Source of the DNA: Candidatus Parcubacteria bacterium
GTDB taxonomy: Bacteria; Patescibacteriota; Patescibacteriia; CAIXNZ01
Direction: 5' to 3'
Assembly (NCBI GenBank): GCA_026395685.1
Contig: JAPLYG010000009.1
Location: forward strand, 81,519-145,518
DNA length: 64,000 nt
A program made the position numbers and the translations under genes. Positions 55,601-64,000 of the stretch are shown here, piece after piece (the stretch's first letter is position 1; the number at the start of each line of letters is the position of its first letter). The notes beneath the pieces were generated by a model. It searched no databases. It saw only the letters and a program-made list of their open reading frames with translations, and had not been told where the DNA came from.

Positions 55601-58600
55601 GCAATAGCTGCATGGTGTAGAACCAGTACTGCAGTCGGGCTGATTTCTCATGGTATTACATCCAATTTCTGTACCGGCCACAAACCAACCGCTTATAGTC
55701 TGCTGCTCGATCGGCTTATTAGCCTGGTACTGGCAAATTTTGGTCGGATCAATCTTGTAATATTCCGGCGAGCCGTTTTCATTGATCAGTTCCACGCAGC
55801 CTTCAGCATCCTGATTGCATAAAATTGCGCGCGCGCCTTCATAATTATCAGGATTATTTTTCAGATAAGCAACATCATAAACCACACCTGAACCCTGAGT
55901 CAAAACCGGCTCTTCAAATTTCTGACAGCCTTTATTCTCATACGTGCACTTGAATTTTTGGTTAACCACATAGGCTGTAAGTACATCTGACGGCACTGCA
56001 ATGTTCAGACTGGTCTTTGTATTCGGCGCTAAAGAATTCTGGGTATCAATCAGGTATTGGCAGCCAACTTTGTCAGCAGCGCATAATTTGCTGAATGATT
56101 TAAGATAAAACATCTGGCTGTTTGGCCCGCGATAAGCCGCGCAATTATAATCTACATAGGTGCAATTGGGCTGTGACCAGCTGTTTTTTATCAGATAATA
56201 ATTGTCTTTTTGCTGGATCAGGCTGATATTATCAAGGTTAAGCACATCAGTGCCGGAAACATTATTAAAGGTAATTGAGTCAAATGAAGAATTCAAATAG
56301 ATTGGCCCCAATTGGTACATATTCCAGGTATTCAATAATTCGGTTTCGCCAAAATTAGTTATGCGCAAAGTGCCGTTACCTTTGGCTGTAAATTGTAGAA
56401 TATAATAGTTGCCTTTGGAAAGAGTTGCTTGCCTGACAGCCGAGCCATAAGCCGCGATTTCCAGGGAATGACCGCCGGCATCCTGGCTGGCGGAACTTAA
56501 GCTGATGCCAGGACCGCTATACTGGGTCGGTAAATTGACGCTGTCTTCAAAAGTATCGTTAAATGAATGATAGGTATTATAAATGCCGGCACCATAATAA
56601 TGATAACATCCTGCCTGGGCTGCCGGACATTTCATGCTTAAAGAAGAAATGCCATCGTAAACGCAGTACTTATTGGTTTCATCCCACTTGCCATTAGTGA
56701 CACCGCAGGTTTCTTGAGTCGCAATGGTTTTTCTGTAAGGATGGCAATCTGCTGAGGCAATAATGGTTTTTCTGACATCCCGAAAATAAGTATTTCCGGC
56801 TGAATCGTAAAACTTCAGGCAATAACCGGTTGACAAAACATTGCTCCTGCAATCCTCTGAATTATCAAAAGTTTTGGGAGAACCGTCACCATTTGCCTGT
56901 AAAACATGCTTGACCACTTGTTGCGGTCCATCAGAAATACTTTCCCAGGTATAAAAAGTCTGTTCCCCCAAGCCAGAACCGGGCTTAATGCACTGCCTGA
57001 GCATTGTATAGTATTCAATGCCCTCGCCTCCCTTGGCTACTTCATCTAAATTAGTAAATTGGGAACAGCCGACATTAGCTGCCTGACAGGTTGTAGCAGT
57101 CTTTGGTACAAAGTCGGCTAATTCGCGAATCGGCTCAAAAGCAGTAGGCTGTTGAATATATTGATTATAACCGACGCATTCTGCCGGACACTGATCATCT
57201 TCCTGAATTACAGCCGTAACATCAGGATCACCATTTACCGGCTGGTACAAAGCGCAACCAACATCATCAGAGGAACATTTCATCATAAAATTATTGCAAT
57301 CATTGCGGGTGGGGCTGCTAGAATCGCAATTGGCGCTGGTTTTGTAATATACTCTGGTTGCCAAAACATCCTGATCATAACTGGCCGGCAAAACAAAACC
57401 CGTTGCCTGAAAATCGCTGATAGTCGTAGGATTTGCGATATATTCATGGCAGCCGTCATTCTTTTCCTCGCATGTTTCGATATTGCGATTGAAATAAAAT
57501 TTATCTAAGTTGTAGGTTTTATCAATTGATTTATAGCCTTTGCAATTAACTGTATCGGGCCCGCAATTGGAGGGGTCTAAAGTATTTTTGAGATACGCCA
57601 AATCAGCTTCACGGCCATTGGATTGAATCTGAGTATAGGTACGACAGCTGGAAAAATAGTCCGGGCAGGCTTTAGCGCTAAAACGCCAGACATTCTTTTC
57701 CTTAACACAAACCTGATAATTGCTGCTGCCGCAGGATTTAGGCTGATCATCTTTGACACAACTCACAAAATCAGCGCAACGCGAATAGCGGCGTCCTGAT
57801 TGATTATCCGTCAGAAGTTCGCCAAATGATTCAACCTGCAATGTCCTGGCGTCAGTCGGCAGATAACACTTGGTAGCCGGAATTTTTAAAACCCAATATG
57901 GATCAACCAGATTGCAAAATGGTGATTCTGCAGTGTCATAATTGCCGCAAATACCGTCCTGGCCGCGCTTATCAAAAGCAGTAACAATCTCCCCAAAAGT
58001 AGCATTGACAACCTGATTATACATTAATTTATTAACTTCTATATCAGTCCCAAATTTACAATTGTCAATCCTTTGTTTCGCATAGGGGGAAATAGGAAGT
58101 GTGGTCATTGATAAATCAATAAACTGTCCGAAATCATTACCCGTTGAAGCTGTATAAGCGCAATTAGCCGTACCCGGTACACAGGAAACACAACTGGCAT
58201 TATCAGCAGACCAAGAACACAAATTAGTAATGGATAGACAACTAGACAGTCCCAGGCTCTGGCAGGGATTATAATATTTACGGAAGTTACAATCTCTTAC
58301 CAGTTCAGCTGCCAGCTCCATGCCCAAAGGCACAACACGCGCTTTTCTCAGTTTTCTTATATTGGATAAATTGTAGGTATTATCTTCAATCTCTTCACCC
58401 CAGGAAAATGTGGCACCGGACTTTAATTTGCCCTGGCTAAGCGCCTGATCAATGGTCAGCCTGTTTTGAATAGCCATGGCAAAACTTTGATCAATGACCT
58501 GATTATAAATATTGGGATTAGCATTTTTACCCTGCAGATTGAGCTGGAATTCCTGCAATAAATCCAGATCGGAAAATTCATTATTGGTGCCCGGCTCAAA

Positions 58601-60205
58601 ACTGGTGAAATAAAGGGATACTCCGGACTCGGTAATAATACTTTGATTCTCTTTGACGAAAATACTGCCTTTATTTTCCTTCTGTTTTCTGGGATTTGAC
58701 AGAGCCATCATAAGCTCATTGATATACAAATTATATAATTCCTGTAAAAAGACGCCCAAAGAATCAGCCACAATACTCTTTGTATATTCAGTCATGCTGT
58801 CAGATGGAGTGAGAGACTGAATTGATTTCGCTTTCAAAATATCAGCCGGAGTTTTAATATAGCCTGTTACTTTATCCACCATGCCTTTCCAGCCGCCACT
58901 GGTACTGACTTCTGTTTTTTTGCGTTCTTCTGCTTCAGTCTGGGCTTTGCCTGTGCCTTCTTGCACCTGCGTTTTAGTGGTATTGGCCGGATCTGCCTGT
59001 GGTTCAAACTGAGTTTTTGCTTTTTGATAAGTATAAAGTCCGGCTCCGCGGAACATCTTGGCCTGGATGCGGTTATTAACAAATTTTTGCAGCTGCTCGT
59101 AGCCATTACTGATAGAATTATAAAGATTAGCGGCATCCTGCAGTTTAGCCTGGGCTTCGCGCTGAAAAATACCTGCCGCCTGAGAACCAGGTGCCACTTC
59201 AGCTGCAGTCGGGATCGTAGTATAACCGACATTCATTAAGGCTTGCTTGCATTGATTAATTAAGCCAGTGGCGTCTTTTTTCATGCAGGCTTGGTAGGTG
59301 GCGCGGCTGGTATTAACCGGACGCTGGGCATCATTAATTTTTTTATTCCAGGCACTTTTAATATCAGGTATATATTCTTCAGAAACATAATAATTGCTGC
59401 CCACAGTCAGGGTAACCGGCTGGTTTGTTCCCCTGCCGGCTATTAATTTATCAACGTCAGCATCTAATTGCTGTCTGGTAAGGTCTAAGGCTGCTGCTTT
59501 GGCTGTTAAATCTGATTTAGCCGAGGTACCTGCTAAAAGACTGTCACTGGTAATATCACGATTGATTTGGCTTACTGTCTGCTGAAAATTCGGACCAATA
59601 TCAGTTGTTTTAATTTTAATGAAATCCTGCCATTCCTTGCCTTCGAAATTAAATTGTTCCTTTAATTCCAAAAAGCTGCAACCTTTGGGAACTGCGCCAA
59701 AAATGCTTTTTTGCGCTAAAGTGTCGGGCTTATTCGGCAAAGTCAGGGCAATATTCAAGGTCAGAGTAGGATCAAAATGGCAGAGATCAAGGCCGATTCC
59801 CTGGCTTACTGCTCCCGTCAACCAGTCTTCAAAAGCAGCCTGGCCCTGGTCTTTTATCGCACCATAAGGGTCTGTTTCCCAAATCGGCTTTTGGCCTTTG
59901 CCCATTAAAACAATCGAGGAAGCGGTTTTTTTGGCAAATTCTCTGCCCAGATTGGCAACTACGTTTTTGAAAAAAGTCGCTTTCAGATCGTCCAATACTT
60001 CGTCTTTAGTAAATTTTGCAAATTCCAATCCCTTCCAACCCGTCTGGATGGATGATAAAAGAGAATCAATTACCATCTGGACCTGGGCATTAGCCGGATT
60101 AATATCAACAAAAAGAAAAAAATAAAAATTGCTTAGCACAAAAAAGAAAACCAAAAAGGAAAGAATCGCCTTATTGATTTTCTTTTTATTTTCATTTCCC
60201 CGCAT
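52613..60205 (-). CDS. Giant (2530 aa) secreted cysteine-rich protein
   Basis: Signal/TM N-terminus, helical region, repeated VGC/CxxY modules, a carbohydrate-binding-like segment and C-terminal CxW repeats. Confidence 0.8.
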   Translation of the reverse strand: MRGNENKKKINKAILSFLVFFFVLSNFYFFLFVDINPANAQVQMVIDSLLSSIQTGWKGLEFAKFTKDEVLDDLKATFFKNVVANLGREFAKKTASSIVLMGKGQKPIWETDPYGAIKDQGQAAFEDWLTGAVSQGIGLDLCHFDPTLTLNIALTLPNKPDTLAQKSIFGAVPKGCSFLELKEQFNFEGKEWQDFIKIKTTDIGPNFQQTVSQINRDITSDSLLAGTSAKSDLTAKAAALDLTRQQLDADVDKLIAGRGTNQPVTLTVGSNYYVSEEYIPDIKSAWNKKINDAQRPVNTSRATYQACMKKDATGLINQCKQALMNVGYTTIPTAAEVAPGSQAAGIFQREAQAKLQDAANLYNSISNGYEQLQKFVNNRIQAKMFRGAGLYTYQKAKTQFEPQADPANTTKTQVQEGTGKAQTEAEERKKTEVSTSGGWKGMVDKVTGYIKTPADILKAKSIQSLTPSDSMTEYTKSIVADSLGVFLQELYNLYINELMMALSNPRKQKENKGSIFVKENQSIITESGVSLYFTSFEPGTNNEFSDLDLLQEFQLNLQGKNANPNIYNQVIDQSFAMAIQNRLTIDQALSQGKLKSGATFSWGEEIEDNTYNLSNIRKLRKARVVPLGMELAAELVRDCNFRKYYNPCQSLGLSSCLSITNLCSWSADNASCVSCVPGTANCAYTASTGNDFGQFIDLSMTTLPISPYAKQRIDNCKFGTDIEVNKLMYNQVVNATFGEIVTAFDKRGQDGICGNYDTAESPFCNLVDPYWVLKIPATKCYLPTDARTLQVESFGELLTDNQSGRRYSRCADFVSCVKDDQPKSCGSSNYQVCVKEKNVWRFSAKACPDYFSSCRTYTQIQSNGREADLAYLKNTLDPSNCGPDTVNCKGYKSIDKTYNLDKFYFNRNIETCEEKNDGCHEYIANPTTISDFQATGFVLPASYDQDVLATRVYYKTSANCDSSSPTRNDCNNFMMKCSSDDVGCALYQPVNGDPDVTAVIQEDDQCPAECVGYNQYIQQPTAFEPIRELADFVPKTATTCQAANVGCSQFTNLDEVAKGGEGIEYYTMLRQCIKPGSGLGEQTFYTWESISDGPQQVVKHVLQANGDGSPKTFDNSEDCRSNVLSTGYCLKFYDSAGNTYFRDVRKTIIASADCHPYRKTIATQETCGVTNGKWDETNKYCVYDGISSLSMKCPAAQAGCYHYYGAGIYNTYHSFNDTFEDSVNLPTQYSGPGISLSSASQDAGGHSLEIAAYGSAVRQATLSKGNYYILQFTAKGNGTLRITNFGETELLNTWNMYQLGPIYLNSSFDSITFNNVSGTDVLNLDNISLIQQKDNYYLIKNSWSQPNCTYVDYNCAAYRGPNSQMFYLKSFSKLCAADKVGCQYLIDTQNSLAPNTKTSLNIAVPSDVLTAYVVNQKFKCTYENKGCQKFEEPVLTQGSGVVYDVAYLKNNPDNYEGARAILCNQDAEGCVELINENGSPEYYKIDPTKICQYQANKPIEQQTISGWFVAGTEIGCNTMRNQPDCSTGSTPCSYCGGIWVGDLKQCGKGMSATGQADCENQHGIWLSSGAGLCVANPFGILKVTDTGYINYTGECQSAYSGCSSFQTINQDQSSGQIYHVIDNGNNIDRSSCSSVDWNKGCVAFKNQTSNNNIETIKVSKDRDCGEWVICSETDRLGNCRQTQVITYNSEGTTEISKTINTGNTDPLIHSNFDGVRYTKATPSAPLKITRATYVTRFAGSGTGMDDAIKRWELGDYSGYTIPDRYPVEVEINDGYLFAKYPVEYTSVDPIAEPDQRFISPVCKIFPEEDSPLPYDISRLSKYSKVVNLFSPTLTLKNIADGCNYDKAEATGTITYFPYGFLNKIISESNNKPQICTGNKAVEGRLCQGVTKNNPQCVIPLSEENTDEKIIGQCSAVETIKTNLGFQGRCLEYDLLNPLYGGIYREGANACLTYFPFKIDECGLLKNKTKCELLPYCAWNNGQCIKNVCDYHKNKTDCEKDVTESGQDMCTWDEATATCLFNICSLTTPNINATEATKQKDCESLATYCSYFNHYCMEDICTYRYSGLGTTNIDSHGPRGEICMTQKADYCSWNAYWADKDRWRWSCNLQCDKKYPAAVQSLPVGTCKDAGGICRKNLGKCGSNEFPVDNKCPNNNFPICCLPNPNAKVCNDDKFCQWRPDVCRDTCNLILDPAGCNTNCSWNEQDLKCENKCIEMSTTGLVTAQLCSGVAVGDPGYTYINGQCQASGSCAETDILSPGIQCTAYGSVCCKSDITPLTSNACKNSSTCEVGEDYLCTSACETKYSEDTCNEAGNDGCYWDFPNQQCVNLCTTIQLKSACQANDACNWKAPTATPAATLGDFCEPKTTCDYKINLDQQWFGCLNQFGCEPKAPACVSRTDCSVNTSQADCDATLGLCSWTTGICVDRFDSSGCAKWTTRFLCSRDPKCFWGKHWAAGTYAMGCIIKEDTLGCEEYDEAAPCVADSKCKMVAYTYSNTWLPFCMPTQFNPDCHMCNIPNPLNPGSRCEGSMCN

Positions 60206-60245
60206 ATATATAAAAATTTATGAGTTAATATTTTTAAAAAATTAT

Positions 60246-61067
60246 TTACTCATACTTATTAATAATCTGATCAAAAATCTGCTTTAATGTCTCATCATCT
60301 AGCTGGTCAACCGTAGCCTTATCCATGCCTCTGATGATCAGTTCTTCACGCAGCTGCGCCGGGGTCATATTTTTCAAATTATCAAGAGCCTGCTTTTTTT
60401 CTTCATCGGTCGCAACACCTTCCTGGCTTACAGCTCCGACATTCTTCATTTCATCAAACATTTTCTGAAGTTCCGGATTATCAATGCCAATATCCTTTAA
60501 AGTTTTGGTGCCGGCAATTAATTCCTGCTGATACTGCATGAGCTTGTCCATATCGCCTTCTTTCAGCGTATTCAATACTTCGCTTGGAGAATAAGTGCTT
60601 TCCGGCAAAGCAGCGGTTTCATTAATATTTAAAGCTCCGCAAACCTGGCCCTGCGGGCAATTGGGATCTTCGCCCTTGAGCAGTTCGTCCTTATCGCTGA
60701 TTTTATCACTATCAGTATCGGATAAATATGGGCTGGTGCCGTAAATATTCAGTTCGCTCCAATCATCCAAACCGTCCAAATCGCTGTCTTGATTTTTCAA
60801 TTGGGCAATCACTTCTTCCTCACTAGTCTGGAATAATTTGTTATACTCATCAATCAGCTGGCCGCGCTTATGCTCGAGTAATGAGGGGTAAAGCGGACCC
60901 TGAATATTTTTAATAAACTGCAGATAGCCAAGACCGACCGCAGAAATTGTAATCAATATTAAAAAAAACACGAAAAACTTTTCCATCGGAGTTTTTTCGA
61001 TTTTAGATACAATTTTTTCGGCTTTTGGCTCTAAGTAATTTTTGATTTTCTCATCAATTGGCGACAT
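60246..61067 (-). CDS. Membrane-anchored protein with DxDxDG calcium-binding (TSP3-like) repeats
   Basis: TM helix; DSDLDGLDDWSELNIYGTSPYLSDTDSDKISDKDELLKGEDPNCP. Confidence 0.8.
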   Translation of the reverse strand: MSPIDEKIKNYLEPKAEKIVSKIEKTPMEKFFVFFLILITISAVGLGYLQFIKNIQGPLYPSLLEHKRGQLIDEYNKLFQTSEEEVIAQLKNQDSDLDGLDDWSELNIYGTSPYLSDTDSDKISDKDELLKGEDPNCPQGQVCGALNINETAALPESTYSPSEVLNTLKEGDMDKLMQYQQELIAGTKTLKDIGIDNPELQKMFDEMKNVGAVSQEGVATDEEKKQALDNLKNMTPAQLREELIIRGMDKATVDQLDDETLKQIFDQIINKYE

Positions 61068-61126
61068 TTCTAGAGCTAATTTTATTTAAAATATATACTG
61101 AACTTATTATACCATAAAAATAACAG

Positions 61127-61996
61127 TTAAACCACAAACTGTTGATAAAGTCCGGCCCAATCTTTCAGGCTCAAATTCTGAGCGCGGCAGTCAGCCCTTA
61201 AACCGATCTTTACCAGTCTATCTTTTGCTTCCAAATTGTCCAATTTATATCCGCTGGCCAGATTATTATGCAGTTGCTTCCGGGGCGAGCTAAAACCGAT
61301 TTTAACCAGCTGCCAAAAGCGTTTTTCTTGAAAATCTTGCCTTTCTTTTTCGCTCAATACTTGGCTAATTTCAGCGGGTAAAGTATCTCTATTGACAGTT
61401 ATTTTTAAAATCGCGCTATCAACCTTGGGAATGGGGAAAAAACTTTGTTTTAAGATAAGATTGGCAATCTCAGGCTGGCCATAAAACTGCACCGACAAAC
61501 TCAACAGACTCATCTCTCCGGGCTTGGCTATTATTTTCTCCGCGACTTCCTTTTGTACTAAAATGGTCAGCGATTTTGGCCGCGGCTCATAGCTTAAAAA
61601 CTTCCTGATTATCGGCTTGGTTATCGCATAGGGCAAATTAGCCACCAGCTTATATTCCCCTCCTCCCAAGCGGACGGCCAATTCTTGATTCTTTATTTTT
61701 AAAATATCTGCCTGTAAAATTTCCAGATTGCCTGCTTGTTTAAATTTTTTGTGTAAATAAAAAACAAGGCGCTTATCCAGCTCCACGCACAATACTTTAC
61801 GGCAATTGGAAATTAATTTTTCCGTTAACACCCCAAAACCCGGGCCAATCTCAATAACTAAATCCGTTTTTTTCAGTTCACCTGCTGAAACTATTTTTGC
61901 CAAGGCCTGCTCGTCAATCAAAAAATTCTGGCCCATAGCCTTGCTGGGCCTGATGCCGAGTTGCTGACAGAGATTTTTTATTTCAATGATAGTCAT
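61127..61996 (-). CDS. rsmA: 16S rRNA dimethyladenosine transferase RsmA/KsgA
   Basis: GQNFLID, EIGPGFGVLT, VANLPYAI and PKVDSA motifs; start reassigned to MTIIE. Confidence 0.96.
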   Translation of the reverse strand: MTIIEIKNLCQQLGIRPSKAMGQNFLIDEQALAKIVSAGELKKTDLVIEIGPGFGVLTEKLISNCRKVLCVELDKRLVFYLHKKFKQAGNLEILQADILKIKNQELAVRLGGGEYKLVANLPYAITKPIIRKFLSYEPRPKSLTILVQKEVAEKIIAKPGEMSLLSLSVQFYGQPEIANLILKQSFFPIPKVDSAILKITVNRDTLPAEISQVLSEKERQDFQEKRFWQLVKIGFSSPRKQLHNNLASGYKLDNLEAKDRLVKIGLRADCRAQNLSLKDWAGLYQQFVV

Positions 61997-62112
61997 AAAA
62001 TTGAATTTAAAATTCAAAATGCAAAGTGCAAAATTACAAATCAAAAATTAAAATTTTGGTATTCTTTTATTTTAATAAAACATTCCAGAATTTTAAACTA
62101 ACAACTGCAACT

Positions 62113-62457
62113 TTAAACTTTGAACTTTGAACTTTCAACTTCATCCTCCAGGGCCTCCTTCCGCACCACCTTCGTCACATCCTTTTCCACTTTATCCAAT
62201 TTAACCAAAGCCCGAAACATTAAATAAAACAGAATCAAAATAGAAATATATATCACCAGATCAACGCCGCGACCGACGCCGACCATATTAGCGGCATAGG
62301 AAGTAACATCGGGAAATAAGACTAAAAATGCTACTGCAAACCAAAAAATCGTCCACAAAATTAGTTCCTGCAGGGAAATATTCTTGTCCTTGTAGCGCAT
62401 GGCGACTTTGATTACGGCGAACAGGATGAAAAGGATTAGAATAATTTTAATTAACAT
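62113..62457 (-). CDS. DUF2304 family membrane protein
   Basis: Three TM helices with VGVGRGVDLVIY and a C-terminal coil; lies downstream of a GT2 gene. Confidence 0.85.
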   Translation of the reverse strand: MLIKIILILFILFAVIKVAMRYKDKNISLQELILWTIFWFAVAFLVLFPDVTSYAANMVGVGRGVDLVIYISILILFYLMFRALVKLDKVEKDVTKVVRKEALEDEVESSKFKV

Positions 62458-62497
62458 ACTTAAAAAATTAATTGCTTAGTTATACGTTTATCGGTTT

Positions 62498-62536
62498 CCT
62501 GCCTTCGCCCGTATGAGACGGGCTACGGCAGACAAG
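62498..62536. repeat. REP-like hairpin downstream of the RAYT gene
   Basis: CCTGCC-TTC-GCCCGT-atgag-ACGGGC-TAC-GGCAG embedded in a 6-nt periodic AACGAA/TTCGTT array. Confidence 0.7.
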
Positions 62537-62634
62537 CGTTTTTCGTTACGTCAATAGTTTAACGAAAAACGTAACGATCATCGATACCGAATAACGATAA
62601 ACCGATTTTATTTTCTAATTATTTTTGCCATCAA

Positions 62635-63240
62635 TTATATTTCATCAATTAATCCGGGATACTTTGTATAAATATATTGATAATTTGCCGCATCAAAAAT
62701 GTTATGCTTTGCGGGATTATTATAAAGATATCGCATATGTTGATTAAAATCATCATAATTGCGAATATAATGATCGTGAAGTGATTTTTGCCAATGAAAT
62801 TTTACATACAAAGTTTGATTTAATCCATATTTTGCCACAAATTGACGGCGCGTTGTAATCAAATATTCATAATGCTTTTCGATTATCTCTTCATAAATTT
62901 TATATTCCTCCCCCAATTGAAGGAGCGATTTGCAAATCGCTCCTTCGTCGACATAACCTAAGATAAAATTTATATTCCTGGTATAGTGTCTTTTGATAAA
63001 TTGCATTATTTTCGATAAATCCATCGCTTCATACGGCAAAAACATTAAATGAAAATGATCCAATAATATTACAAACGAATATAAATCAAATTTGTGCCTT
63101 TTTTTCGCCAATTTTAAAATTTCAATAAACAACTCGCAAAAAATCGACTCCTTAAAATATTCAACCCGGTTATCGGCAACACCTGTCACAAAATAAGTCG
63201 CCCCTTCAAAATATATCCGTTTTTGCGCTCCTTTATGCAT
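62635..63240 (-). mobile_element. Second RAYT-like Y1 HUH transposase
   Basis: TYFVT, FVILLDHFH (HUH), WQKSLHDHYIR and YLYNNPAKH motifs. Confidence 0.85.
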
Positions 63241-63915
63241 TTACTTACCTATTATTTTTGAAAATAAAAGATCCCGAATAATCCTCAATCCGCTGCCAAA
63301 ACGCTGGCCATAATTATGATATAAAATTTCTACCGGAATTTCCTGATATTTTAAATTATTCAGCCGAACTTGCTCCAAAATTTCCGTAGCATGAGCCATG
63401 CCATCCTGATTAATAGTAATTTTTTCTGCAGCATTTTTTGATACAGCTCGAAAGCCGCAATGCGCGTCAGTTAGCCTTATACCTGTAAACAGCCAGTTGA
63501 AAATTATTGCCGGATAGTGAATAAAATATTTTTTTGACCAGGGCGTCTGGGACTTTTTATCCAGAGATCTGGAACCAAAAACAATATCAGCCTGACCGGC
63601 TATAATCGGGGCAATTATCTGGGCGATATCTTTGACCTGCATCTGGCCGTCACCGTCAAAATGCACGATTATTTCCGCACCCTGATTCAGGGCAAATTCA
63701 GTTCCGGTCTGCAAAGCCGCGCCCTGTCCCCTATTTATAAAATGCTTTAACAATTTAACATTTAACCCTTTAACAATTTCCGCCGTATTATCAGTTGAGC
63801 AATCGTCAACAACTACAATATTAGGCGTAATCTCTTTTAATTGAGAAAGAACGCCGCTGATATTTTTTTCTTCATTGTAAGCTGGAATCACGATCCAGAC
63901 CTTTTGATCTAACAT
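63241..63915 (-). CDS. Glycosyltransferase family 2 (DPM synthase-like)
   Basis: VIPAYNEE, VVDDCSTD, NRGQGAALQTG, FDGDGQ and TDAHCGFRA motifs. Confidence 0.92.
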   Translation of the reverse strand: MLDQKVWIVIPAYNEEKNISGVLSQLKEITPNIVVVDDCSTDNTAEIVKGLNVKLLKHFINRGQGAALQTGTEFALNQGAEIIVHFDGDGQMQVKDIAQIIAPIIAGQADIVFGSRSLDKKSQTPWSKKYFIHYPAIIFNWLFTGIRLTDAHCGFRAVSKNAAEKITINQDGMAHATEILEQVRLNNLKYQEIPVEILYHNYGQRFGSGLRIIRDLLFSKIIGK

Positions 63916-64000
63916 AAAAGAGTTTAAAGTTCAAAGTTTAAAATGCAAAGTTACAGTGTAAAATTCAAAATTTTGGAATATATATTATTTAAAAAAACTT

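Noticed and set aside
61997-62044. N-terminal extensions in the ORF track for rsmA (also htpX, murI, the MBL gene and the barrel gene)
   Set aside because: The extensions are read through repeats or UTR hairpins; downstream ATGs match family starts or RBS positions.

Overview
AT-rich bacterial chromosomal segment (standard code). Its gene repertoire (DUF4012, PrgI/VirB4 cluster, many Cys-rich secreted proteins, core genes mostly without Shine-Dalgarno sites) suggests Patescibacteria/CPR, Parcubacteria-like; this is inference. Housekeeping genes: mreB, pheS/pheT, rseP, murI, lemA-htpX, radA, mpg, recG, comF, rsmA, GT2 glycosyltransferases, three tRNAs and a broken manB. Main observations: (1) Several families of short palindromic REP-like elements sit between genes and also in frame inside housekeeping genes. 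The same 27-nt palindrome encodes VTLREPQGD in both PheT and MurI. Two REP-associated HUH/Y1 transposase (RAYT-like) genes are present, each with palindromes inside its own coding sequence. (2) A run of self-contained expression cassettes at 10.5-15 kb holds a beta-barrel-like protein, an MBL hydrolase whose 5' and 3' UTRs are complementary, and a roughly 257-nt promoter-to-terminator unit that is a candidate ncRNA. (3) A chromosomal T4SS-like operon has beta-defensin-like six-cysteine modules in its VirB6-like subunit and in a 2530-aa giant protein. No CRISPR array, rRNA, reverse transcriptase or integrase was seen. All family calls come from recognising motifs by eye; no searches were run.
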